A stretch of DNA of 64,000 bases from an uncultured Dehalococcoidales bacterium (GTDB lineage: Bacteria > Chloroflexota > Dehalococcoidia > Dehalococcoidales > UBA5760): positions 15,576 to 79,575 of the forward strand of contig CAYYLM010000005.1 of assembly GCA_964472625.1 (NCBI GenBank), in the 5' to 3' direction. The translations under genes were made by a program, and so were the position numbers. The notes beneath the pieces were generated by a model. The model was not told the origin of the DNA, did not search any database, and saw nothing but the letters and a program-made list of their open reading frames with translations. Below are positions 18,242 through 29,320 of the stretch, one piece after another (position 1 is the first letter of the stretch; each line of letters begins with the position of its first letter).

Positions 18242-19246
18242 ATGGAACCACAGAAGAGGTTGCGCCGGGGAATAATTATCCTAGCCAGCATCATCGCCGC
18301 TGGTACCATCGGCTATGTGCTCATCGAGGGATGGTCACCTAGCGACGCCATCTACATGACGGTGATAACCATCTCCACAGTAGGCTATGGTGAGGTGCAC
18401 CCGCTCAGTGACGCGGGGCGCATCTTCAGCATTGTCTTAATCATCGGCGGCGTTAGCGGGGCGCTATTTGTCTTCAGCGCCCTTGTCGAATATGCACTAG
18501 CCGGGAGATTCGGCGTAGCGAGGAGGAGGCGACAGATGAAAGCTAAAATAGCTAAACTAAAAGACCACTTTATTCTCTGTGGATACGGCCGGGTCGGGGA
18601 GGATATCGCCCGCACCTTTAGTGAGGAAGGGGTCCCCTTTGTGATTGTCGATAGCCGCCCGGATAACATCACTCTGGCTGAGGAGCAGGGCTACCTCAGC
18701 CTGCTTGGCGACGCCACCAGCGATAAGGTGCTCCTTGAGGCCGGTATTGAGCGAGCCCGGGCCTTGGTCGCCGCTATCGGCAGTGACGCAGACAACACCT
18801 ATATTGTCCTCTCGGCGCGGGGGCTGCGTCCCGACCTGTTTATCGAAGCCAGAGCCAGCGACAAAGAGGCCGAAGCCAAGCTAAAGAGGGCAGGTGCAAA
18901 CCGCATCGTCTCGCCAAACAGCATCGGTGCCCGGCGTATGGCCCTGCTCGCGATACGACCGACGGTGGCTGATTTTATCGACACGGTAACCTTTCGCCGT
19001 GGACGAGAGCTGCAGATGGAAAACATAATCGTCCCTGACAACTCACCGCTTATCGGACAAACGGTTGAGACAGTTCGCCAGCACAGCCAGGCTAACGTCC
19101 TAGCCATCAATAGAAAGAGTGGCAAGCTGCTAACTAACCCTGCCGGCGAAGAGCCTATCGAGCTTGGCGACCGACTTGTTATCATGGGCACCGCCGAGCA
19201 GCTGACCACCCTAGAATCCCTGTGTCAAGGAGAAAAATGCCGATGA
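18242..19246 (+). CDS. Potassium channel with RCK/TrkA-N and TrkA-C domains (MthK/Kch-like)
   Basis: It has two TM helices, the selectivity filter TISTVGYGEV, an RCK domain (ILCGYGRVGEDIA) and a C-terminal TrkA-C domain. The ATG at 18242 follows GGAGTGGGA. The upstream part of the ORF (18185-) contains a TGCTACAAT extended -10-like box. Confidence 0.85.
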   Translation: MEPQKRLRRGIIILASIIAAGTIGYVLIEGWSPSDAIYMTVITISTVGYGEVHPLSDAGRIFSIVLIIGGVSGALFVFSALVEYALAGRFGVARRRRQMKAKIAKLKDHFILCGYGRVGEDIARTFSEEGVPFVIVDSRPDNITLAEEQGYLSLLGDATSDKVLLEAGIERARALVAAIGSDADNTYIVLSARGLRPDLFIEARASDKEAEAKLKRAGANRIVSPNSIGARRMALLAIRPTVADFIDTVTFRRGRELQMENIIVPDNSPLIGQTVETVRQHSQANVLAINRKSGKLLTNPAGEEPIELGDRLVIMGTAEQLTTLESLCQGEKCR

Positions 19247-20283
19247 ATAAGCCCAAGGTAGGTATTATCAACGTTTCCGGTTACACCGGCGTCGAGCTAG
19301 CCCGGCTCCTTTCCCAGCACCCGGGGGTAGCGCTTACCTCGGTTACCGGGCGGAGTAGCGCCGGAAAGAAGTTGGGCGAGGTCTTCCCCCACCTAGCTGA
19401 CCTAGCGCTAACTATTGAGCCCGAGCTGAGTGAGGTTAGCCTCGCTTTCTCCGCCATGCCCCATAAAGAAAGCGCTAAAGAGGTAATACCACTGCTCAGC
19501 CGTGGTATTAAGGTGGTGGACCTGAGCGCCGATTTCCGCCTCAAGGACGCCACCGAGTACCCCGCTTGGTATGGATTTACCCACCCCGAGCCACAATTGC
19601 TCAGTCAAGCGGTATATGGACTACCTGAGCTATACCGCCGTGAGATAGCTGCTGCACAACTGGTGGCTAACCCCGGTTGCTATCCCACCGGGGCGATACT
19701 GGCTCTAGCTCCGGCCGTGAAAGCCGGAATAATTGAGCCGGAGATTATTATTGACAGTAAATCGGGGGCATCAGGTGCCGGTAGAACCCTGAGCCTACCG
19801 ACTCACTTTGCTGAAGCCAACGAAGATGCCAGCGCCTACGCTTTAGACGGGCACCGACATTTAGCTGAGATTACCCAGGAGCTCAGGCTACTTCGTCCCC
19901 AACTGCCAGCTGCGGTAACCTTTGTACCCCATCTCGTACCAATGACCCGGGGGATACTAACCACTGGCTACGCCCATCTAGCCTCGGGCAGGATAGCCAG
20001 TGGCAGGAGGGGAACCGGGGAGGTATTTCAGCTCTACCAAGACTTCTATCGGGATGAGCCCTTTGTCCGGGTGGTGGCGCACCCTCCCCACACCAAACAC
20101 ACCTGGGGCGCTAACACCTGCTTCATCCACCCCACCCTTGACCTGAGGACCGGCCGGCTCATCGTCATTAGCGCTATTGACAATCTGGTTAAGGGAGCAG
20201 CCGGTCAGGCAGTCCAGGACATGAACATCATGCTGGGGCTACCTGAGGCAACCGGACTCGGGGCAGCGGCTATTTACCCGTAA
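19243..20283 (+). CDS. argC: N-acetyl-gamma-glutamyl-phosphate reductase
   Basis: GIINVSGYTGVEL, SADFRL, ANPGCYPTG (active-site Cys) and AIDNLVKGAAGQAVQ are present. The ATG at 19243 overlaps the channel gene stop (ATGA), with AAGGAG 9 nt upstream. Confidence 0.92.
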   Translation: MNKPKVGIINVSGYTGVELARLLSQHPGVALTSVTGRSSAGKKLGEVFPHLADLALTIEPELSEVSLAFSAMPHKESAKEVIPLLSRGIKVVDLSADFRLKDATEYPAWYGFTHPEPQLLSQAVYGLPELYRREIAAAQLVANPGCYPTGAILALAPAVKAGIIEPEIIIDSKSGASGAGRTLSLPTHFAEANEDASAYALDGHRHLAEITQELRLLRPQLPAAVTFVPHLVPMTRGILTTGYAHLASGRIASGRRGTGEVFQLYQDFYRDEPFVRVVAHPPHTKHTWGANTCFIHPTLDLRTGRLIVISAIDNLVKGAAGQAVQDMNIMLGLPEATGLGAAAIYP

Positions 20284-20429
20284 GCGACTCTTACCTAGGA
20301 TCCAGTGGTAACCCTGACCATTTTGTGATAAAATAATAGAGAGCCATCTGGCAATGGCCCTCTCATGATAGTCAAGTTAAAAGAAACCCAGAACTCACTT
20401 AAATTATAACATAGTGAGGAGGGTTTGTC

Positions 20430-21119
20430 ATGTCCACAATCATCGCTGAACGTGGTGCAGAACCTTGGCGACGACGGCTTTTTCTTCCATCTTATACAGT
20501 AGCCGATACTGCTCGCTACGCTAAAACGAAACGACAAACTGTTTACTATTGGCACTTTGGAGGACCAGACGTTGGGCCTGCACTTCCTGGCAGGGAACAT
20601 CGCAGACCATTATCTTACCTTGAACTTATTGAGGCAGCTTTTGTTGCCACCTTTCGAAGACTGGGTTTGTCTTTACAGAAAATCCGTAGGGCAAGGGAGT
20701 ATACAGCACAAATCCTAAATTCAGAATTTCCCTTTGCAGAATACAAGTGGAAAACTGAAGGCCACCATATGCTACTAGACCTATGGAGAACTGAACCCGA
20801 TTCAGAAGCTAAGCTATTGATTCTAGGGGATGTTTACGGACAAGAAACTTGGCAAGAGATGGTGGGGGATAGATTTGCGGAATTTGATTATGAACATGAA
20901 TTAGCTTTAATTTGGCACGTAGCAGGGAGACAATCACGTGTGACTATTGACCCTCGTATTGCATTCGGTGCTCCTATGGTAAGAGGTGTTGCCACGTGGG
21001 TATTGAAGGGGCGTTGGAAAGCTGGGGAAAGCATTGAAGATATTGAAGAGGACTTTGCATTGGACAAGAGTGAAATTGCTCAAGGGCTGCAATTTGAGGG
21101 TATAAAGGTTGCTGTATGA
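20430..21119 (+). CDS. VapB45-like antitoxin: N-terminal HTH + C-terminal DUF433 domain
   Basis: 229 aa. The HTH-like segment is YTVADTARYAKTKRQTVYYW...LSYLELIEAAFVATFRRLGLSLQKIRRA. The C-terminal IDPRIAFGAPMVRGVATWVLKGRWKAGESIEDIEEDFALDKSEIAQGLQF is a DUF433 pattern. GAGGAGGG lies 7 nt upstream of the ATG. Confidence 0.65.
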   Translation: MSTIIAERGAEPWRRRLFLPSYTVADTARYAKTKRQTVYYWHFGGPDVGPALPGREHRRPLSYLELIEAAFVATFRRLGLSLQKIRRAREYTAQILNSEFPFAEYKWKTEGHHMLLDLWRTEPDSEAKLLILGDVYGQETWQEMVGDRFAEFDYEHELALIWHVAGRQSRVTIDPRIAFGAPMVRGVATWVLKGRWKAGESIEDIEEDFALDKSEIAQGLQFEGIKVAV

Positions 21120-21508
21120 TTTTGTTCTTCGACAGAAGCGTTGGAATCGTTGTTCCCAAAGTTCTTCAATGGAAATCTTTAAGATTCCCAATTCAGGTTC
21201 ATTACCATCAGCAACATTTTGATATGGATGAGAAAGATGATATTTGGCTTAATCAAGTTGGACAGTGGGGATGGACAGTAATTGGACACGATAGTAGTTA
21301 CCATAAACGGCCTAGTGAATTATCTGCGATAAAGCAATATAAGATTGGCTGTTTTTATTTATGGGGGGGTGAATCTCCGAGATGGGAAAAACTTAGATGT
21401 TTCGCCCGCGCCTATGACCGCATAATTGAAGCAGAGGCTATTACCCCAAAGCCATTCATCTACAGAGTAAATAAAAGGGGCGGCCTCACTGTCATCCCCA
21501 TACCGTAG
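21116..21508 (+). CDS. PIN-like toxin candidate (VapC45 / DUF433-partner type)
   Basis: 130 aa. There is a 4-nt ATGA overlap with the upstream gene. ILFFDRSVG...DDIWLNQVGQWGWTVIGHDSSYHKRPSELSAI...FYLWGG...PFIYRV resembles PIN-like partners of DUF433 antitoxins. The assignment is from memory of family patterns only. Confidence 0.55.
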   Translation: MILFFDRSVGIVVPKVLQWKSLRFPIQVHYHQQHFDMDEKDDIWLNQVGQWGWTVIGHDSSYHKRPSELSAIKQYKIGCFYLWGGESPRWEKLRCFARAYDRIIEAEAITPKPFIYRVNKRGGLTVIPIP

Positions 21509-21565
21509 ACTCTTTCCTTGTATTTTCCTCCCCTTTGTATATGAAGTAGACAACCCCCCATTTCC

Positions 21566-21594
21566 TTCACTTTATAGCTAAACTGTGCTATAAT
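21566..21594 (+). promoter_or_regulatory. Putative sigma70-type promoter of gyrB (TTCACT-N17-TGC-TATAAT)
   Basis: There is a perfect TATAAT at 21589-21594 with a TGn extension. The 12-mer CTGTGCTATAAT is identical to the one upstream of prfA. It lies about 150 nt upstream of the gyrB start. Confidence 0.45.
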
Positions 21595-21719
21595 AGACTT
21601 GTGGTTACCCTCACAGCATATAAAATTTCCGCAAGGGGGGTGGCCTTGGCTCTTATAACCAGCCACTATATTACACGACTACCTTCGCCCAGGAGCTCGC
21701 TTACTTTTTCTAATCCTAA

Positions 21720-24244
<2,525 letters not shown>

Positions 24245-24274
24245 GACGTAACCTCCTGTCTAAAGCCAGCCAAT

Positions 24275-24883
24275 CTAACTCTGACTGGTATACAGTCCCT
24301 GCTCCACGATATAATCCGCCACTGCCTCGGGGACAAGGTAGCGAATGGATAGTCCCCGGCTCACCCGCCCCCTGATGTCGGAGGCACTAATGTCAATATG
24401 CGGTGTATCGAGCCGGATAAGGCTCTCGGCTAAACCCGGGACAGAAGCCTCCAGAGCTTCTAGGTCAGGCAGTGGATGACCGGGTCGGGGGACAGCCACC
24501 AGACGACACATCCTGACCAACCGTTCCGGCTCCCGCCACCGGGGAAGTCCGGCCAGGTTGTCCTGACCTAAAATGAAATAGAGCTCACCATCCTTATCCA
24601 GTTGCTTTCTCAATTCAGCAACGGTATCCACCGAACAGGATGGACCAGGGCGTTCTATCTCCACAGTGGACAACTTATAGTAAGGACTACCGCTAATCGC
24701 CAAGCGCACCATGTGAAGACGCTGTTCCGGAGTCGCCACCGGGCGGGCAGGCTTTAACCGCGGCCAACCGGCGGGCACAAAGATAACCTCGTCCAGAGAA
24801 AGCTGCCGCCGCACCTCTTCAGTGATAGCCAGATGCCCATTATGCATGGGATCAAAGGTGCCCCCCAAGATACCTTTTTTCAT
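24275..24883 (-). CDS. nadD: Nicotinate-nucleotide adenylyltransferase
   Basis: 202 aa with GILGGTFDPMHNGHL and ISASDIR motifs. Confidence 0.9.
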   Translation of the reverse strand: MKKGILGGTFDPMHNGHLAITEEVRRQLSLDEVIFVPAGWPRLKPARPVATPEQRLHMVRLAISGSPYYKLSTVEIERPGPSCSVDTVAELRKQLDKDGELYFILGQDNLAGLPRWREPERLVRMCRLVAVPRPGHPLPDLEALEASVPGLAESLIRLDTPHIDISASDIRGRVSRGLSIRYLVPEAVADYIVEQGLYTSQS

Positions 24884-24907
24884 GCTACCACCAATACCCC
24901 CTGTTTC

Positions 24908-26176
24908 CTAGTGCCAGTCCCACTCGATACCGCCACAACGGACTTTACTACCGGGCTCTGCCCCCGCCTTTCTCAAAGCCTGGCTGACCCCCAGCCGGTC
25001 AAGCTCTCGTCTCACCTGTGCGTATACTACCGGATGGGATATATCCACCCGGGCCACAATGCGCTCTAGCTCTGGTGCCCCCACGACAAAGGTATCACCG
25101 TCCCTATGCACGCTAACCTTAGCTCTCCGCGGTTGCGGATGAAAAACCTTCTTTTTAACCTTCTCTCCCGCCTCTCTACTAATGGTAATCTGCCCCAGAA
25201 CCTTCACCGCCGCCGCCATAAGCTCGGAAACCCCCTCCCCAGTTACTGCCGAAATGAATCGGGGTGAAATGCCCACCCCTCTAAAGTCATCTGTAATCTT
25301 GGCCCGCCGCCCCCTAACCTCCGCTAGGTCAAGTTTATTAATTGCTACCAGCTGCGGTTTCTTGGCTAGCGCCGAGTCAAAGAGACCCAGCTCAGTATTC
25401 ACCCGCACTAAGTCTTCCACCGGGGATACCGAGCTACCATCTATCAGGTGGATGAGCACCTTGGTGCGGGTAACGTGACGCAGGAAATCATGACCCAGAC
25501 CGCGACCAAGGTGGGCCCCAGCCACCAAGCCAGGAATCTCGGCTACGACCACGCTCTGACCACCACCCTCAGCCACCCCCAACACAGGCTCAAGGGTGGT
25601 GAAGGGATAACTGGCTATCTTAGGCTTAGCCGCCGAAATAGCGGCAAGCAGGGTTGACTTACCGACATTGGGATAGCCAATGATACCGATATCAGCAATA
25701 AGCTTTAGTTCCAGTATCAGCGAGCATTCTTCTCCCGCCTCCCCTTTCTGAGCAATCTGGGGTGCTTGGCTTGTCGCCGAGGCGAAATGGATGTTGCCTA
25801 ATCCCCCCTTCCCACCCCGAGCTACCACCACCCGCTCGCCAGGCTGCTCCAGGTCAGCAATCAAGACATCACTACCTATCTGTGTTTTGGGTAGGACCAC
25901 GGTCCCCAGCGGAACGGATATTATCTGGTCTTTCCCTCTCTTGCCATGCTTCTTCTTCCCGGCGCCGGGCTTCCCATCAGCAGCTCTAAAGAACCGCTTC
26001 TGCTTGAAGAGACGCAGACTAGTAACGTTACTAGCCGCCTCGATAATTACATCGCCGCCGTCGCCTCCATCTCCCCCATCCGGACCACCGAAGGGGACAT
26101 ACTTCTCATGCCGAAAACTTACCGCCCCATCACCACCCCTACCCGCCCTCACCCTTATTCCCGTCCAATCAAACAC
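24908..26176 (-). CDS. obg: GTPase Obg/CgtA
   Basis: It has the glycine-rich Obg fold (AGRGGDGAVSFRHEKYVPFGGPDGGDGGDGGDV), the G domain (GYPNVGKSTLL, DIPGLV-like EIPGLVAGA, NKLD) and a C-terminal OCT-like domain. Confidence 0.95.
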   Translation of the reverse strand: MFDWTGIRVRAGRGGDGAVSFRHEKYVPFGGPDGGDGGDGGDVIIEAASNVTSLRLFKQKRFFRAADGKPGAGKKKHGKRGKDQIISVPLGTVVLPKTQIGSDVLIADLEQPGERVVVARGGKGGLGNIHFASATSQAPQIAQKGEAGEECSLILELKLIADIGIIGYPNVGKSTLLAAISAAKPKIASYPFTTLEPVLGVAEGGGQSVVVAEIPGLVAGAHLGRGLGHDFLRHVTRTKVLIHLIDGSSVSPVEDLVRVNTELGLFDSALAKKPQLVAINKLDLAEVRGRRAKITDDFRGVGISPRFISAVTGEGVSELMAAAVKVLGQITISREAGEKVKKKVFHPQPRRAKVSVHRDGDTFVVGAPELERIVARVDISHPVVYAQVRRELDRLGVSQALRKAGAEPGSKVRCGGIEWDWH

Positions 26177-26473
26177 CGATAACCACCTAGATTTATTGTT
26201 ATCATTTTACCCTAAATTATGTATTAATGTTAGTTGATAGTATTCATAATAGTTATAGAAGTGGTTAAATAGGCAGTAGCTATTAAAAATCGGTAACAAT
26301 TGGGTACATATTCAGAAAAATGTAAGCTAAGGTTTTCCGGACTTTTCAATTTTTTCTCAGGGTTATTGAAAAAACGGAGCCAGTTTTGCAAAAATCGTAC
26401 TGCCGAGAACAGATTGGGTTCGCCACTAAAGAGGGTGCTTTGTGATTGGTAAGGAGCTCTAGCTTCTACTAAC
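26177..26473. other. AT-rich non-coding spacer obg|dnaA: candidate oriC segment / DNA-unwinding region plus obg promoter
   Basis: By eye this is the most AT-rich stretch of the window (for example TTATTGTTATCATTTTACCCTAAATTATGTATTAATGTTAGTTGATAGTATTCATAATAGTTATAG). It has no ORF and lies next to dnaA. Confidence 0.4.
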
Positions 26474-27814
26474 CTACTTCAGGTGGATTTGCTGACGGAT
26501 GTCCGAGATTTTCCGCCTTAGGTGGGGATTAAGACCACTTTCGTTGGTTATCTTTTCACAGGCGTGTCGGACGGTTGACGGGTTGCGGTTGCCGAACTCC
26601 TGACCAATTTGGGCTAGGGGAGCACCGGTTTGCTCGCGGATGAGGTACATGGCTAGCTGCCTTGCTAAAGCAATCTCCTTGTCTCGTTTCAGGCCCATTA
26701 AGTCAGCCGGGGCTAGCTGGAAGCTTTTAGCTACTGTCTCAATCACTAGTGCCGAAGGCGTGGGTGCCTTATCTGGGGATTTGGTGGCGATACTCTCCAG
26801 CGCTTTGGCGGCTAGCTCTGGGGTGGCCCTAGCTCTGAGCAGCTTGGCGTAAGCAATAACCCGGTTGAGGTTACCCTCCAGTTCGCGTATGTTTTGCTGT
26901 ATCTGCCGGGCGATTAACTCTAGGCAGTCTTGGGGTACATCCTCCCCTCGCTGCCTAGCCTTAAGTTGAAGAATGGCGAGGCGTGTTTCCAGGTCAGGTG
27001 GCTGAATGTCAGCGATTAATCCCCACTCAAAGCGGGAGCGCAGTCTCTCAGCAAGCCGGGGGATTGATTTTGGCGGGCGGTCACTGGTGACAATGATCTG
27101 GTGGTTTTGATTGTGGAGCTCGTTAAAGGTGTGGAAGAGGCACTCCTCGGTCTGCTCTTTGCCGCTTATGAAGTGGATATCGTCGATCATCAGCACCTCG
27201 AGGCTCCGATATCGATTACGGAATTCCTCGGTTTGTCTCTCTTGGATAGCCGTGATGAACTCATTGGTAAACTGCTCACAGCTGACGTAGCGAACCTTGA
27301 GGGAGCTATCTAGGGCTTTATGACCAATGGCGTGCAAGAGATGGGTCTTGCCTAAGCCGACACCACCGTAGATAAACAGCGGATTGTAGGCGTGTCCCGG
27401 GCTCGAGGCTACTCCTAGGGCGGCGGCATAAGCCAAGCGGTTTCCGCTACCTTCGATGAAGGAATCAAAGGTGTATCTCGGGTTGAACATCGGTGAGCCT
27501 GCTTTCTGAGCATATGAAACCTCGCTTAGGCTGCCGGGTTCACCTCTCGGGGATTGATCCTGTGTCTCCACCTTGAAGATGACATGGGTATCACGCTGGG
27601 TAAGCCCGATGAGCGTCTTCTCAATTAGGGAGCGCTGGTTTCGGTCTAGGTATTCTGCCACGAAGGTATTGGGCACGCCGATAGTAAACTGGTTATCTTG
27701 GTAGCTTAGGCCGAGCGTTTTTTCCAGCCAGGTCTGGTAGTTATGCTTAGAGACTTGGATTTGTAGCTCCCCCAGAGCGGTTTCCCAGATTCTTTGTGCT
27801 GACTCAGCTTCCAT
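26474..27814 (-). CDS. dnaA: Chromosomal replication initiator DnaA
   Basis: The N-terminus is MEAESAQRIWETALGELQ. The AAA+ core has NPLFIYGGVGLGKTHLLHAIG, MIDDIHF and VTSDRPP. The C-terminal DNA-binding helix has NRNPSTVRHACEKI. The ORF is open to 27847. Confidence 0.95.
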   Translation of the reverse strand: MEAESAQRIWETALGELQIQVSKHNYQTWLEKTLGLSYQDNQFTIGVPNTFVAEYLDRNQRSLIEKTLIGLTQRDTHVIFKVETQDQSPRGEPGSLSEVSYAQKAGSPMFNPRYTFDSFIEGSGNRLAYAAALGVASSPGHAYNPLFIYGGVGLGKTHLLHAIGHKALDSSLKVRYVSCEQFTNEFITAIQERQTEEFRNRYRSLEVLMIDDIHFISGKEQTEECLFHTFNELHNQNHQIIVTSDRPPKSIPRLAERLRSRFEWGLIADIQPPDLETRLAILQLKARQRGEDVPQDCLELIARQIQQNIRELEGNLNRVIAYAKLLRARATPELAAKALESIATKSPDKAPTPSALVIETVAKSFQLAPADLMGLKRDKEIALARQLAMYLIREQTGAPLAQIGQEFGNRNPSTVRHACEKITNESGLNPHLRRKISDIRQQIHLK

Positions 27815-28025
27815 CACATTACCTTTGTTCTTCCCCGCGAGATCCAAGCTTCTATATTCCTCGGTTAGTGGTCAAGGTTTGACTTTAATTACCAGTTACC
27901 TAGTAGCCGCCAAAGAGTGGAAGCTAGAATGGGAACGTTATAATGATAGCAAGCTTCTTTGATGGGGAGGCAACAGTTTCAGCACTGGTTTTGGGATATT
28001 CTCGGGTGCTATTTTCCGTTAAGAG

Positions 28026-28071
28026 GTCTTGAAAACTGGCTTATTTGCCCGATATTAAGCTTTTAGGTTTG
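28026..28071 (+). repeat. 46-bp direct repeat, copy A (promoter-like TTGAAA-N18-TATTAA inside)
   Basis: GTCTTGAAAACTGGCTTATTTGCCCGATATTAAGCTTTTAGGTTTG matches copy B at 41 of 46 positions with a 228-bp offset. Confidence 0.9.
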
Positions 28072-28253
28072 GATTAGCCATTTGGTGGGGAGGTTATCTG
28101 CCCTTGGTATTTAGCTATGGGAGGCTTAATGAGTGCTTTAGGCGACGGATAGCCTTGAAGTTGCCTGGCTAAATACGGGGCGATTTTTGTAAGGTGGCAA
28201 GGTTCTTCAAAGCGGTTTTGGGGCATTTACGGACCCCCTTTTAAGCTTAAAAT

Positions 28254-28299
28254 GTCCTGAAAACTGGCTTATTCGCCCAATATCAAGCTTTTAGCTTTG
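28254..28299 (+). repeat. 46-bp direct repeat, copy B (CTGAAA-N18-TATCAA inside)
   Basis: GTCCTGAAAACTGGCTTATTCGCCCAATATCAAGCTTTTAGCTTTG. It lies about 65 nt upstream of the fmt start. Confidence 0.9.
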
Positions 28300-28340
28300 A
28301 GGTAATCGGGGGTTTACTGGGAATTTCTTTTGGTGTTAAG

Positions 28341-28362
28341 ATTGAGCCGTAGGAGGCTCAAT
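28341..28362 (+). promoter_or_regulatory. Perfect 8-bp hairpin enclosing the fmt Shine-Dalgarno
   Basis: ATTGAGCC-GTAGGA-GGCTCAAT. The AGGAGG at 28351-28356 lies half in the loop and half in the 3' arm. The hairpin ends one nt before the TTG start at 28363. Confidence 0.5.
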
Positions 28363-29310
28363 TTGCGCCTAGTTTTTATGGGTAGCCCAGAATTTGCTGT
28401 GCTGCCTCTGGAGTACCTAGTTCGTAACCACTGGCACGTCGTGGCCGTTTACACCCAGCCTGACCATCCGGCGGGTAGGGGGCGTGCTCTTTTACCCTCT
28501 CCCGTGAAAAGGAAAGCGGCGGCATGGAAATTACCCGTGGTGCAGCCCGCCAGTCTTAAAAGGCCAGAGGCAGTGGTGGAGCTAGAGAGCTTTCACCCGG
28601 ATGTTATCGTGGTAGCTGCCTTTGGCCAGATTCTGCCTCATTCGGTTTTGGCTATCCCCCGCTACGGGTGTCTCAATATTCACCCCTCCCTACTACCCAG
28701 GTCTCGGGGTGCCTCACCGGTAGCGGCCGCGATTTTAGCCGGGGATGAATTTACCGGAGTCAGCATCATGCTGATGGACGAGGGCTTGGATACCGGCCCC
28801 GTCTTAGCCCAGGCGCAGATTCCTATTGCCGGAATGGATACTAGCGGCACGCTTGCGTCTAAACTCTCGCGAATAGGGGCTCAATTACTGCTTGAGGTGC
28901 TGCCCCGCTGGCTAGGAGGGGAGCTTACCCCGCGCCCTCAGGATGAAGCTTTAGCCAGCTACTACCGCCCGATTTCTAAGGAGGCGGGCGAGATTGATTG
29001 GCAACTAGCGGCAACTAGTATCTGGCGGCGGGTGCGAGCCTATAGTCCCTGGCCCGGGTGTTATACCAGCTGGCAGGGTAAGCGACTGAAGATTATTGAG
29101 GCGGTGCCTCTCCCTGGCGAAGAGGGGGTTCGGGTAGGGCAGGTGGTGGCGCTTGCTGGTGGGGAAGCAGCCCCGGCATTCGGTGTCACTACCGGGGAGG
29201 GAATTTTAGGTGTGCTTAAGCTTCAGCTAGCGGGGAAGCGGGTGACGGGAGCCGCTGACTTTTTGCGGGGACAGAGAGGCTTTGTCGGCGCGCAGCTAGG
29301 TTTGAGTTGA
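28363..29310 (+). CDS. fmt: Methionyl-tRNA formyltransferase
   Basis: A TTG start lies 6 nt after AGGAGG and gives MRLVFMGSPEFAV, the canonical Fmt N-terminus. Also present are QPDHPAGRG, LNIHPSLLPRSRGASP, and a C-terminal domain. The ORF is open from 28330. Confidence 0.93.
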   Translation: MRLVFMGSPEFAVLPLEYLVRNHWHVVAVYTQPDHPAGRGRALLPSPVKRKAAAWKLPVVQPASLKRPEAVVELESFHPDVIVVAAFGQILPHSVLAIPRYGCLNIHPSLLPRSRGASPVAAAILAGDEFTGVSIMLMDEGLDTGPVLAQAQIPIAGMDTSGTLASKLSRIGAQLLLEVLPRWLGGELTPRPQDEALASYYRPISKEAGEIDWQLAATSIWRRVRAYSPWPGCYTSWQGKRLKIIEAVPLPGEEGVRVGQVVALAGGEAAPAFGVTTGEGILGVLKLQLAGKRVTGAADFLRGQRGFVGAQLGLS

Positions 29311-29320
29311 GAAAGGGATT

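Larger units (their letters stand above)
27815..28340. other. Long non-coding dnaA|fmt spacer: candidate oriC segment with divergent promoters
   Basis: About 0.5 kb has no credible ORF. It contains two 46-bp direct repeats and five AAGCTT palindromes (27846, 27951, 28057, 28243, 28285). Confidence 0.4.

Noticed and set aside
20295-20600. 101-aa minus-strand ORF at the left edge of the TA cassette
   Set aside because: It overlaps the SD-led antitoxin gene on the other strand and runs into the argC terminator region. It has no motif support.
20306-21615. Imperfect 15-bp direct repeats (GTGGTAACCCTGACC / GTGGTTACCCTCACA) flanking the TA cassette, as possible att/target-site duplication
   Set aside because: Only 12 of 15 positions match. 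A rough estimate gives order-one expected chance matches of that quality between two spacers of this size. No integrase or transposase is present.
26177-28362. Canonical DnaA boxes
   Set aside because: I found no perfect TTATCCACA/TGTGGATAA in either spacer. The nearest match (GGTTATCTGCC, about 28092-28102) is poor, and the closest match I noticed in the window (TTATCCACT, about 44674-44682) lies inside a coding region. I therefore do not annotate individual boxes.
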